From Antedon mediterranea (lineage: Eukaryota; Animalia; Echinodermata), in assembly GCF_964355755.1 (NCBI RefSeq), contig NC_092677.1:22989175-23053174 (forward strand): 64,000 nucleotides of DNA. Direction: 5' to 3'. Positions 53,341 to 64,000 of this stretch are shown here, one piece after another. Position 1 is the first letter of the stretch, and the number at the start of each line of letters is the position of its first letter. The notes under the pieces were generated by a model. It was not told where the DNA came from, searched no databases, and worked only from the letters and a program-made list of their open reading frames with translations. The position numbers and the translations under genes are program-made.

Positions 53341-54169
53341 TCATCAGGCCTAGGCTAGGTTTACTACCTATATTAAGAGAGGGAGGGTTGTCAATGACAA
53401 TGTCAACAACGAAACACTCTTATCTTCTGCACTTGATGCAGGCAAAGTGAGCAGCAACTCTACAACTGAATGTACATTCTGATGGCATTCATTATTCTTT
53501 CAACTTTGGGATATCTACTACTGTATAAAAATATTATGCCCGTGATATCATGTTCATGATAGCAAAAAACCCAATGGAAGTGATTTTCATATACTTGGTT
53601 ATGACATGCCATATACTTGCAGTTGTCATTTTGTCTCTGAACATAGCCTTCCTCTATATTCTTTATAATCATTCCTTTGCTCAATTTTAGTTTGTAGCTA
53701 CTTTTTTTGTATATTTCCAGTTTTTTATAGCACTATAAATCAGGTTTATGTTTTAATGTCATGAATATGTACAGTAGGTATGACACTTTGAGCCCGACAA
53801 ATGTTGTCAGATGAAACTAGATGCTACCAGCATTGTGCCCTTGCTTTTCTTCTCGACGATCATCATGCTGTTGCATTGGTGCAACAGATCCACTGTGTCT
53901 CTGCAGCGTGCATAGGATCAGTGGGCCACAAACATTCTTTTTTCTTTTGATGCTTATAAAAAGTGATTAGAGGCGCTTGATCCTCCTTTCATCAGCAATT
54001 TTGCTGTTTTGTTTAGTTATTGATTTCCTTCTGAATTCTAGTATAGCTTTGTGTTCTTCTTTTCTCTTTCTGCATTCTTTAATGCCTTGATGTTATTAGT
54101 GTTCGGTTTACTTGTCAATATTGTTCCTTGAGTTTATATTGACATACGACCCATTTTTGTATATTTCAG

Positions 54170-54357
54170 GGCATAATTTGGAAGAGATTCGTGTTAGAGC
54201 TTTGCAAAATGTGATTGGCAAGCTGGAACATAATGTTATATCTCTTAATGATTTGGTTCAAGAGCGTCATCTGATAACTCGTTTACTGGAGTGGTTTAAT
54301 TTCCCTTCCTGTCCCATGAAAGTTGAGGCATTGAAGTTAATTCTAAAGCTAGTTAAG
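54170..54357 (+). CDS. RTTN: Rotatin exon 2
   Basis: [63 protein letters not shown] matches the RTTN N-terminal domain (LLEWFNFP); ttcag|...AAG|gta. Confidence 0.95.
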
Positions 54358-55234
54358 GTAATCAAAATTGCTTTAATTGTGTTTTTAATGCCAATCAGTG
54401 TGTTTTTTTAATAAGTTTGTACTTTACTCAACTTTGTCCAAAGTTATTAACTTTCTATATCAACACATCACAAAAGAAAAATGCAATTTATTTACATAAT
54501 CAGTTTTCCCAATCCTTTGTATCTGACAATACCTAAATAGTCCACACATTCTGTATGCAATCTTTCTTTGAACAATGCTATGACTTATTCTGTTTTATTA
54601 TCCCAAGATGTCTTCACCTATGACAGATTCATCAATAGTAAATTAACTGTTTTGCCATTTAAATTGCTTATTGATTGATTTATATTTTAGAGAAGATCAA
54701 TATATAGTTACTATATATAAATAATATATTGTGAAAATTGTCTACATCTCCTGAATTTGTTTATTGGTATTAAACAACTATTCACTAATTGATCACATTA
54801 TCACAACAAAACCAGAAATCAGAAACCAAGCAGAAAATTCTGTAGAGCATGGAACTTGATTTGGCTACAATCTTGAATTCTTCTAGATGAACACATAGAA
54901 TAGATCATGTTATCGGCAATACAAAACATAAGGTACATTAAAAAAAAGAAGCAAAAACAAACAAAAACAAGATTGAATTATGGAAAAGTGGAAGTGTCTG
55001 TATCTTTAATCATCAAATTTAATAAACGGACAGAAAATTAAGGAAAATGAACCAACATTCAGGCCTGGATGTCATGACAATTGCCAAGAGTTCATCAGGA
55101 TTATCTTATTACCTCAAGATACGATGGAAAATGATAAAAAAACTTTACTACACTTGCAGTTTTGCACATACTATGCAGTTGGTTATGATATACCAAAAGC
55201 TGATTTGTCAAAAGAAATAAAGTTCTGCCATACC

Positions 55235-55695
55235 TGAAGAACCAAACATCAGTTAAAGAGAACCAAGCATCAGTTAAAGAGAACCAAACATCAGTTAATA
55301 GGAACCAAACATTGGATATTAGGAGAATCAAACATTGGTTAAAGAGAACCAAACATTGGTTAAAGAGAATCAAACATTGGTTAAAGAGAACCAAACATCA
55401 GTTAAAGAGAATCAAACATTGGTTAAAGAGAACCAAACATCAGTTAAAGAGAACCAAACATCAGTTAAAGAGAACCAAACATCAGTTAAAGAGAACCAAA
55501 CATCAGTTAAAGAGAACCAAACATCAGTTAAAGAGAACCAAACATCAGTTAAAGAGAACCAAACATCAGTTAAAGAGAACCAAACATCAGTTAAAGAGAA
55601 CCAAACATCAGTTAAAGAGAACCAAACATCAGTTAAAGAGAACCAAACATCAGTTAAAGAGAACCAAACATCAGTTAAAGAGAACCAAACATCAG
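55235..55695. repeat. 21-bp minisatellite (AAAGAGAACCAAACATCAGTT), ~22 copies, RTTN intron 2
   Basis: Direct inspection; variant units at the 5' side, perfect units at the 3' side. Confidence 0.97.
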
Positions 55696-55957
55696 AGCAA
55701 CGAAGGAGAGAAAGAACTCTCACAATGGTACCAAAATTGACCATTGCTGCAGCATCTTTGATAGCTATAACTCTATTGCAACTTCCACAATTTAATTTTT
55801 GTTTTTATGGGTAGGTCGCTTGGACATTTCGATATTTATTTAATCTTACTTACTTTAAATCCCTAATATATTCTTTTAATTGAGGGCGTCATGATAACTA
55901 TCAACAATTACTTTCTTGATCACTGTCGACAGTTTCACAGATCAGATAAAAGCATTT

Positions 55958-56235
55958 GAATGTAATGTAATGTTCGATTTATAAAGCACTTATACAATCA
56001 AAAGATTGTCCCAAAGCGCTGAGAGAAAAAACAGAAAGAAAGTACAAAGAAAAAAGATGGGTTTTTAAGAGTTTCTTGAAAACTATGATAGAGGATGCAT
56101 TTTTAATAGGATCAGGAAGATTGTTCCACAGTTTAGGAGCTGCAACTGCAAAGGCTCGATCACCATAGGTCTTAAGGTGGCTGGATGGAACAAAAAGTGC
56201 AGATGGATTAGTGGTTGACCTAAAGAGATCTAACA
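55958..56235 (-). mobile_element. L2-group LINE 3' end
   Basis: TYGDRAFAVAAPKLWNNLP...FKKLLKTHLF; AGCGCTTTG...TTTATAAAT and (CATTA)n tail. Confidence 0.82.
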
Positions 56236-57309
56236 GATCATTTTAATAAAAATGTGTATGTGTCGGAACTGGAAAGCAAGCAAAATCACCACAGGAGATG
56301 TAGAACAATTTTTACATGGTTGAAAATTACAGCCAACCACCACAGATTCAAACCAATTTTTAAGTTTTAAGTTACATTTATCATAAAGTACATTCATCTT
56401 TTCCTAAGTAGTAAATAGAACTATTCAGGATTAAATGGTAAATCAGTATTTTAGATTTATTGAACATGATGAGTCTTGTCATATTGTGAGATAACTTTCA
56501 AAATAGATTGTATTATTTAGTTACTGGTACTGGTATATTCTTATTTACCTATACCATTATTCTATTCATTTCCATTCTCTTAACCCACTTGACATTTTTT
56601 GAATTAATACATTTATACTAATTTCTATCTTTATTATCCATAAAAACAATCAACATCTTCCTCATAATTAAAATCGCCTTTCATCCTGCGACATGATGCT
56701 TTCCACTTTTTTTATGCCATTTTACCCTGTTATTGGCAGGATGGTCTTTGTCTTTAGTTTTCAATTTCTTTTTTGACTTTAGAATTAAATAAATGTTTAT
56801 TTTAGTCTTGGTCGTCTTCATATATTTATACTATATTTCCATTGTAAATTTGGTCATTTTAACCTTTGTTAAGATTGTTATTTGTAGCAAAAAGTGGATG
56901 AAACATGACCATGTTGGTTTTAAGTCTTTGCAATTTGCCATCTTGTCTTTTTTTAGTTATTAAAAAAACTCCTGCCACAGTATACCAGAATATTTGTATG
57001 GCCATCAGGCCATAAGTTTTCGTATTATACCACACCTGGTTGATGATACTATGTTTGCTCGAACATTGTCACACTTTCATTTTTCAGTTTGCTCAATTAT
57101 TGTTATATGGTATGGTATTTGAACCTTCAAGTACTTTTTCACGCAAGTGATATGAAGTTCCAAGAGTGTTATGTAATTGGAACTTGACTTGCGATCAACT
57201 GAATTTGTTGGTCAACTAAATCCACACCCCTCATGAATTTGGTATACAATTCAATGCTGCATGGTTTCCATCCTTTTTGTTTTGTTTCGTCTTCTTGATA
57301 ACATCTGGT

Positions 57310-57585
57310 GTGCCCCAACGATCACAGCGCAGAGTGCCACAATTTCCCGTTTTGTTGAGCAGTGCCAAATTAAAAAACGCCTTAACTGTTGCCCAAGAGT
57401 ATTTGGTGTGCTCCCAAGGTCTTCGAAAAGCCTCCTCATATGATCGCCAATTCTGTGTGTTGTTTCGCATCATGTTTTGTGTTTGTTTGGTGTAAGTGAA
57501 GATATCTTGCATATCTCCAGGATTGTAGCTAATATGAATAGTGGCAAAGTCGTAAAACGTCGTAGACCATTCATGTTCGGACAAA
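57310..57585 (-). pseudogene. Possible DIRS-type gag fragment
   Basis: DIFTY...NWRSYEEAFRR...W pattern only. Confidence 0.35.
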
Positions 57586-57639
57586 ACTTTTTCTTACTTG
57601 GTACTTACTTACTTGGTCCTTCTTTAAAATGGTTCCAAT

Positions 57640-58800
57640 TCGCTTCCACAGATCTGGATAAGGGTGAGGAATGCATGAACTCGTGATTCATCCATATCTT
57701 TCCATCTAAGAATAGTTCTAGGTACTTTAATAGAGTGCGATGTTCTGTTTTTAATCTCAGCAAGGACCGTGGAATGGTCACTAATTCCAGAGCATGCTTG
57801 GACGTTTTGAATCAAATTTGGTCGAGTTGTAAAAAGAAGGTCCAAAATGTTCTCCGTTCCACTAGTTGGGTCTTTCCTAGTCGGAATAGTGACATCATCT
57901 GGGCACCAGTGCATACCTGGTATATTGAAGTTGCCCCTAAGACGATAAACAGTGAATTAATACTGTTTTGTAATTTAAGGAAGCTACTGTATCTTCCAGT
58001 CCATCTAAAGACTCGGGTTTATATGTATCAGGAGCTCGATAGTATACCCCAACAATTATTTTATATCTCCTTTGGGCTGGAATGACAGTTGACACCAGGG
58101 TAATTCACATCCATCTACACTCAGGTCGTTTCTTTCAATTGATGGTATACCATTGTTAATTGCGATAAGAACACCACCACCTTGTGTTTCCCTATCTCGA
58201 TAAACTGTAAAATTTGAGGGAAACACTAAAAAAATAAATAATAATAATAATGCTACAGCAGTTCATAATGGCTACTTTAATGCAATTGTTTTTAGCTTTA
58301 CGTTGTGGTGGTTCATGCCTTGTGTGTTTCTGCTTATGACCAGGTAATTTTTTAGATGTGGGTGTTTGGTCAGGAAACTTAGGTACAAAAGTTCTATGTC
58401 TGTTGGCTTTTACTCACAAATTTTGGTTAATGTTATTTTTTGTTTGAGGGCTTGATGACATTCTCGGGTTAAAATCGACTTCACTGTCACTATCAGAATT
58501 TCCAAATATTGATAGGTCATCGAGTTTTGCGTAATGGTCTTGTCAAGGGAGAAAACGAACTAGCAAAATTTATTAAATTGAAATTTTGTAACTGTCTGTT
58601 GTGGATCCACGCTGTACATCCGTCACATTCCATTGCACGGTCCTTGTTTTTAACAGCATATCGACAGATTCCGCATGGCAATATTGGTTTCCTACCCCTT
58701 CTCACACGACCCGGGTTTTTTTCAATAAGTGGCGTGTTGATATCTGGTGTAATGTTTGGTGGTATGTTGGAGAACTGAGTGTTCAGTTCTTCGTCATTCG
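57640..58800 (-). mobile_element. Decayed non-LTR retrotransposon 5' region (PHD finger + AP endonuclease)
   Basis: PCGICRYAV...ECDGCTAWIH; FTVYRDRETQGGGVLIAI; NILDLLFTT...GISDHSTV. Confidence 0.78.
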
Positions 58801-59522
58801 ATATAGTAGTGGTATTATCGGATACACCTACAGTACAGTATATTTGACTCCCCGCACTTACTCAAATTAGTGACCGCCTCGGGCAATCCAGATATAATGT
58901 GCTCCATTTTGTCCAGCCTGGCCGATGTGTCGACAGAGGCATTAGCTGTGTGATTGTTAGCTTTACTTTGGAAACGTTACCATGAAACCTCGTAGTTGCT
59001 ATAGCGCCATCAATGAAAACTATACAGAGATCCAGATGAACCTTTTTATTAGGATAATTTTTACTTTAATGACTGAACTATTTACATCTGTACATCATAA
59101 CAAGCAATTATTTAGACCAAACTTTCCTATACTTTTCCACTTTCAATCTAAAACAGTACACAATTCACGTTTAATTGGTAACCACCAATGTTTCACGTTA
59201 AATTAGCTGTGTGCTAATATAAAACAACAAACATACAAAAGCCACAAATAGATTTCAGGGCAGCGGTGGAAAATGCAAACTTTTCAAAAAATCACACTGG
59301 TATGGTAAGTGTCTTTTCTGATGTAATATTTCATAATCTTAACTGAACCTCACTTGATCATAGAATATTTTGTACCATATACAGTGTTTTTGTAACACTT
59401 TCAGTATCAAAGTAATATTATAATAGAGATCTTAGGCCTATTGATATACTGTACTTTATGTAGTATAATAAGAATATTTATTTATAAGTACAAAATGGAT
59501 TAACTATTTATTTGCATAACAG

Positions 59523-59706
59523 CATCCAACAGCAGCCGAGTTGTTTCTTGAGATTGGTGCTCTTAAATTTCTTTCTCATCTACGAGCTGATCTAGATGCT
59601 AATCTTCAATGTATTGTGGATGATATTCATGATGTGTTGTTATATCTGCCTGAGCCGTCAAGCAGTGAACAGGAGTGTGTCTATGTTCATCCACATATTA
59701 CTAAAG
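59523..59706 (+). CDS. RTTN: Rotatin exon 3
   Basis: HPTAAELFLEIGALKFLSHLRADLDANLQCIVDDIHDVLLYLPE resembles human [47 protein letters not shown]/GT, phase 0 to 1. Confidence 0.92.
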
Positions 59707-59864
59707 GTTAAATTTTGTATTTTATCATCCCTACATTTATGTATTAAAAAAAAATTATATATAATGTTTATTAAATTTTCATATCTTTACATTCAGATGC
59801 AAAGTTTTTAATTTTATTTATTATTTATACTGGGTTAGCTCTTCAGTCAATGAACTAGTTCACC

Positions 59865-60045
59865 AGAGTAAAGATGTACTAGGTTCTGTAAAGTGTACAC
59901 TGGACCTACAATTTATAGTCCTTATCCTATCCGAGAAGACTTTTATTCTACCACCAGAACCATGGAGCGTGTGAGCCTCGAACCATTACCGATGTTATAG
60001 CTACGTAATTACGGTTCCACTGTCTTTAACCGCTCATCCACGCAT
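59865..60045 (-). mobile_element. Partial tRNA-derived Deu-domain-like SINE
   Basis: Reverse-complement match to the 5' half of 62636-63020. Confidence 0.75.
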
Positions 60046-60242
60046 ACTTTAGTTTTGAAAGGGCATTGTCCTATCATAAATGGTTAAGGTTTCATTTAGA
60101 TATCTGCATCATCATAATTTCATTTTAAATTAAGAGGAACTTTCTTTCTTTATTATGAATTTAACACCTTCTTCATCTAAAATGATCATTTAAAAATACA
60201 TATTTAAATTCATCAAAAGAAGTAATCTATTTTTCTTTATAG

Positions 60243-60380
60243 ATAAAGCTAAAGTAGATGGTAAGGTGGAGAGTCATCTAGATGATGTTTTAAGACAAGT
60301 TCCATTACAGAAAGGCTTCTTTACAACAACATTCCAAGAATCTAAGAGAGACATTTCTACAGCACAAGATAGTTTCAGAG
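60243..60380 (+). CDS. RTTN: Rotatin exon 4
   Basis: Open 138-nt frame between tag| and |gtaaaa, phase 1 to 1; low-conservation linker. Confidence 0.8.
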
Positions 60381-60548
60381 GTAAAATAATTGTTATATTG
60401 TTTACCGTTGTAACTGTAATGTTGCCATTTTGATAGAAAAAGCATTGTCAAACCCAAACTCAAACCACACATCAATCCATGGATATGATCTTGTATAAAA
60501 CATTTAATAACCGATCTAATTGTGAAATACATGCTATTATCTTTGTAG

Positions 60549-60639
60549 ATGCTAGTAGAGTATGTGGATTTAAGTTTGCAACATTTCCATGGCTTTTGCT
60601 AACTGAAACGGACAAGCATGTTTTAAGTAAGACCAATAG
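60549..60639 (+). CDS. RTTN: Rotatin exon 5
   Basis: FKFATFPWLLLTETDKHVLS matches RTTN FSTFPWLPLTTTDRHVL; phase 1 to 2. Confidence 0.93.
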
Positions 60640-60973
60640 GTATGTATCCTTATGTATTATTTATATTGCTTACAATTATACATTACATGCAAATATAATG
60701 GAGGACAACGTGTTTGTAAAGTGTATAAATATGATTATTATATAATATTATTATATTTGTTAAGGCTTTTTAACACAAACAATGACCTTGCATTTTTAGG
60801 AGGTCCCGGCTTAAAAATTACTACATTATATACAATTAATTTATAAAAGAAATAAAAAAAAAGCTGTACCTGACTTTAAAGATATGACTTAAATCTACAA
60901 CAGAAGCTTTAAATTTATGCAATAATTATTCAAATAATTGATTAGAACCTTTTTTATTATGTTATGTTTACAG

Positions 60974-61088
60974 TTCTTTGTGTAGTACCAGTCCAGTTTT
61001 GATTAACACATCTTGTGAGTTCATTTGTGATGTGGTATTGCAGGACTTTCCAGCAGAGATATTTCTTCAGAGGACAGCTTTGGTTAAG
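60974..61088 (+). CDS. RTTN: Rotatin exon 6
   Basis: CEFICDVVLQDFPAEIFLQR contains the conserved QDFPAEIFLQR motif; phase 2 to 0. Confidence 0.95.
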
Positions 61089-61375
61089 GTTTGTTTTTAA
61101 AGTGCCATTTGTTACAGAAACCACAATAGTGGATCTATGTAGCTATAGGAAGTAAACTCAAAATGATTCCGATAAGATATCAGATGTACAGTAAGGCCGT
61201 CTGAACATACCTATTAACCATGCCACTTTTATGTGTTGCTAATATCTTGGAAACTACATAATACTGTATCAGGGCAATTGTTTTGTCAGTTTGTTTTTCA
61301 CATAGTGGTTTTGTAGAGTTTGTCAAAATCTGAGATGGTCGCACGGGGAGCTCTTGTTAATTTGATACCGACTTA

Positions 61376-61645
61376 CCCTATTTCACATCTACACAAATTG
61401 TTACAATTTGTAACCAGGTTTGATTTCCCGATTTTTATACATGCATGACAAGCGCAAGAAATCTCGAGAGAAAGCATAGTTCGCTCTATTTGATTACTAT
61501 GATTGGTCAGTTTTATACAGGGCAATACACGAACACACAGTTACTACTCTGGTCATCTCATAACAAAAAACAAGCCTCTCGTCTGAGTTTAAAAAAAATT
61601 GCAAGTCTGGTTACAAGTCGTTACTTTTTGCATTTGTGAAAAGGG
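61376..61645. mobile_element. Old MITE with imperfect ~40-bp TIRs, TA-flanked
   Basis: CCCTATTTCACA...TTGTAACCAG versus CTGGTTACAA...TGTGAAAAGGG. Confidence 0.55.
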
Positions 61646-61673
61646 TAAAATTCAAATTTTTCTTTATTTTTAG

Positions 61674-61824
61674 AGTATTTTTTCATTGGTAAGCATCAAA
61701 CCACCAGAGACTGACAGCCTTAATATTGCTATTGGTGCCATGAACTGCCTCACTGATCTTTGTTGTCTCCTTCAAGAAAGATACAAATTTTACCATGATC
61801 CTACTTTGTACTGCCCACAACAAA
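61674..61824 (+). CDS. RTTN: Rotatin exon 7
   Basis: SIFSLV...AMNCLTDLCCLLQERYKFYHDP; tag| and |gtaagt; phase 0 to 1. Confidence 0.88.
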
Positions 61825-62276
61825 GTAAGTTCTACTTCAGTAATTTTCACTCCTTTCATGAAGGAGTGAAATAGTTATCTTAATTTATAATCATTGCACA
61901 ATTATACTACAGTTACAGTACATAATCATTCAAATTGTTAACAATTAATTATGTTATTTAATATTATTTTTTCAAATTTTTCTCATGATTTTGTGTTTAT
62001 AGTGCATTTTTTTTGATTTGAAAAAAAAATGGATATTTGTCTTATGCGGTTAATGAAATTTCAGGCCTAATTTTGAAATCTGTGTATATTATGTAATTAG
62101 ATCAATTAAAAAGACAATACTAAAATTATTATGTTATATATTTATAATAATTTATTTGTCTATTTGCCTCCCTTTTTTTGGAGTATGTTTATATCAAATT
62201 TATATTCAATGTCAAGTAGTGTCTTCACAATACATAATTTCAATTAGTGTGCCCTCTATCTTTTACCTATGTATAG

Positions 62277-62421
62277 ATTCTGGATCACCATTTTCATCTG
62301 GTGTGGTTGAACAGTCTTCTACCAGTCACTCAATACTGTCATCAGATTCAAGACCTTCTGTAGTTGGGCAAGAGAGAAGACATCAAGGAGATGGTCAAGA
62401 TGGCGAATCCTCCACATCAGC
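62277..62421 (+). CDS. RTTN: Rotatin exon 8
   Basis: RPSVVGQERRHQGDGQDGES matches RTTN RPSVVG...GDGQD; phase 1 to 2. Confidence 0.9.
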
Positions 62422-62635
62422 GTAAGTTTATATGTAGGGTGCATCAAGGTACCTGATATTTTGGGTGACCTTCCATAAAGGGTCAATTTCTTGCTATTGT
62501 CTTGGAGGATATACAAAAAAAAACCCTTCAGATAGTGCATACATTTAAGATATAGGCTGTAGAGGAAAATTGTTTGTTGGCGTAATTTACACCTTTAGTG
62601 CACACGATGCACATTCACATATTTCATACTTATAA

Positions 62636-63020
62636 TAGCGAGCGAGTGGCCGAGCCGTTAAGACAGTGGAACCGTAATCCATAGCCATAACATCGACAAG
62701 GGTTCGAGGCTCACTCGCTCCATGGGTTCTGGTGGTAGAATAAGTCTTCTCGGATAAGGACTATAAACCGTAGGTCCAGTGTATGCATATTGCTCGTGTG
62801 CACTTTAAAGACCCTAGTACATTTTTCGAGACGAGTAGGGGGTTATCCCGGTGTACTAGTTCACACACAATGTCGTGGACAGACGTAATGGCGCCATAGT
62901 TGGCTGCTGATGACACGATGTGACCCTTAGGGGAGAAGAATGTTGTTGAAAAGGCCACAGCGCTCTGATCTTTATGAAATAGCGCTATATAAATGACGCA
63001 TTATATATTATATTATAATA
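62636..63020 (+). mobile_element. tRNA-derived SINE with Deu-domain-like core and L2-like tail
   Basis: A box TGGCCGAGCCG, B box GGTTCGAGGC, core GGATAAGGACTATAAACCGTAGGTCC...TTAAAGACCC...GAGTAGGGG...CCCGGTG, tail AGCGCTATATAAAT plus AT repeats. Confidence 0.82.
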
Positions 63021-63062
63021 TGCCAATGAAAGAGTAAACAAAACTGACGTTTCTTTTAACAG

Positions 63063-63333
63063 ACCTTCATCAGTTTTTGCTGCAAATGTGTCCATGATTT
63101 CTGGCTCAGAAGTTGAGGCAGATCTAGCGGATGCACTCTTACTACAAATGAATCAGCTCACTCTTCCTCAGTTTGTCATTGATACCATAGCACATGTCGT
63201 ACCTCATCTTGAATGTAGGGATTCAAAACTTCTCATTGTTGTTATGGACCTATTGCATGAATGCTTACAGCTTGTGGAAATATCCATGACATCCAGGATT
63301 TGGGATGATGAAAGTGTCATTGGAAAATCCATG
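63063..63333 (+). CDS. RTTN: Rotatin exon 9
   Basis: Open frame with LQMNQLTLPQFV; cag| and ATG|gtaagg; phase 2 to 0. Confidence 0.88.
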
Positions 63334-63914
63334 GTAAGGAAATAGTACATGACTGGTTAATTAATTTTTAAATGATAGTACTGTAGAAACACATATATCA
63401 GTATAATGTACAAATCTGTAGACAATTTTATTTTATCGAATTTGCAATACATAACAATACTGTAAGCCTATAAATATAGAATTTCGCTCTCCTATAGAGG
63501 GCATTCAGATAGAGACCTTGTGTGTTGAGGAGTTCTTTCAAGTTGTTGAACCAATAAAGCTGTTACTGTTGCAGTACTATTAAATGTTTAGATTTAGATA
63601 ATGTCTTATACCTCTATAAAATATTTTTTTTTGAACTGTACCCTGTTTGCTATGTAAGAACATTATACAGTATGATGCAGACCTCCAACTATATATACAA
63701 ATGTATGGCCAGTGCAGCCTAAATTCAGTAAGTAGTTAAGTGAAAGTATAACCAAATGTTCACATTCATTAATTCATTTTTAATTAATAACTTGAGTGGT
63801 TTAAAATTTTAAAGAATGTAAGCTGATACAAGTTGGTTTGAGATACAGTACATGTTGAAAAAGTCCTCTTTAAAAAAAATACCTGTAATCATTTCTTTTT
63901 TTATTTCGTAACAG

Positions 63915-64000
63915 GTGGAACGGATTACTGAGGTGTTGGATAGTTTAGGTGAGAGCCTCGTGGGGCATCATAGTGCTTTATCAGTAACCAATGATCAGGA
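63915..64000 (+). CDS. RTTN: Rotatin exon 10 (truncated by window end)
   Basis: acag|GTGGAACGG..., VERITEVLDSLGESLVGHHSAL open to the end, phase 0. Confidence 0.8.
   Translation, partial: MERITEVLDSLGESLVGHHSALSVTNDQ

Larger units (their letters stand above)
921..54169 (+). other. RTTN: RTTN intron 1 (~53.2 kb), TE-filled
   Basis: GT at 921, polypyrimidine/AG at 54168-54169, phase 1 both sides; no other host exon recognised in between. Confidence 0.7.

Noticed and set aside
55101-55814. ORFs with KENQTSV / LKRTKHQ / WFSLTDV repeats; CRISPR-like look
   Set aside because: Pure 21-bp tandem repeat with no spacers, in a eukaryotic intron; the ORFs are by-products.
62636-62725. tRNA gene
   Set aside because: A/B boxes run into a SINE core and L2-like tail; a second degenerate copy exists at 59865-60045.

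Overview
AT-rich animal (invertebrate, probably deuterostome/echinoderm-like; taxon is inference) genomic DNA. It holds the 5' part of a rotatin (RTTN) gene on +: a 61-nt coding exon 1 at 860-920, a ~53-kb intron 1 (921-54169), then exons 2-10 running off the window end, with all splice phases compatible. Intron 1 is almost entirely transposon-derived: nested non-autonomous DNA elements with clean TIRs and 2-, 3-, 6- and 7-bp TSDs, a full-length PIF/Harbinger (intact Myb/SANT gene, dead transposase), a decayed hAT-like transposase ending in a Spindlin-like Tudor domain, two Helitron2/HINE-like dimers, and short coding fragments of hAT, Kolobok, Helitron, EnSpm, Sola-like, Gypsy and LINE elements. 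Most notable: nearly every TE coding fragment is antisense to RTTN (flamenco-like piRNA-cluster signature), and several 20-41-bp perfect hairpins carry exact TSDs, resembling P-element excision footprints. Family names come from motifs recognised by eye, not database searches; fragment boundaries are approximate unless a TIR/TSD is quoted.
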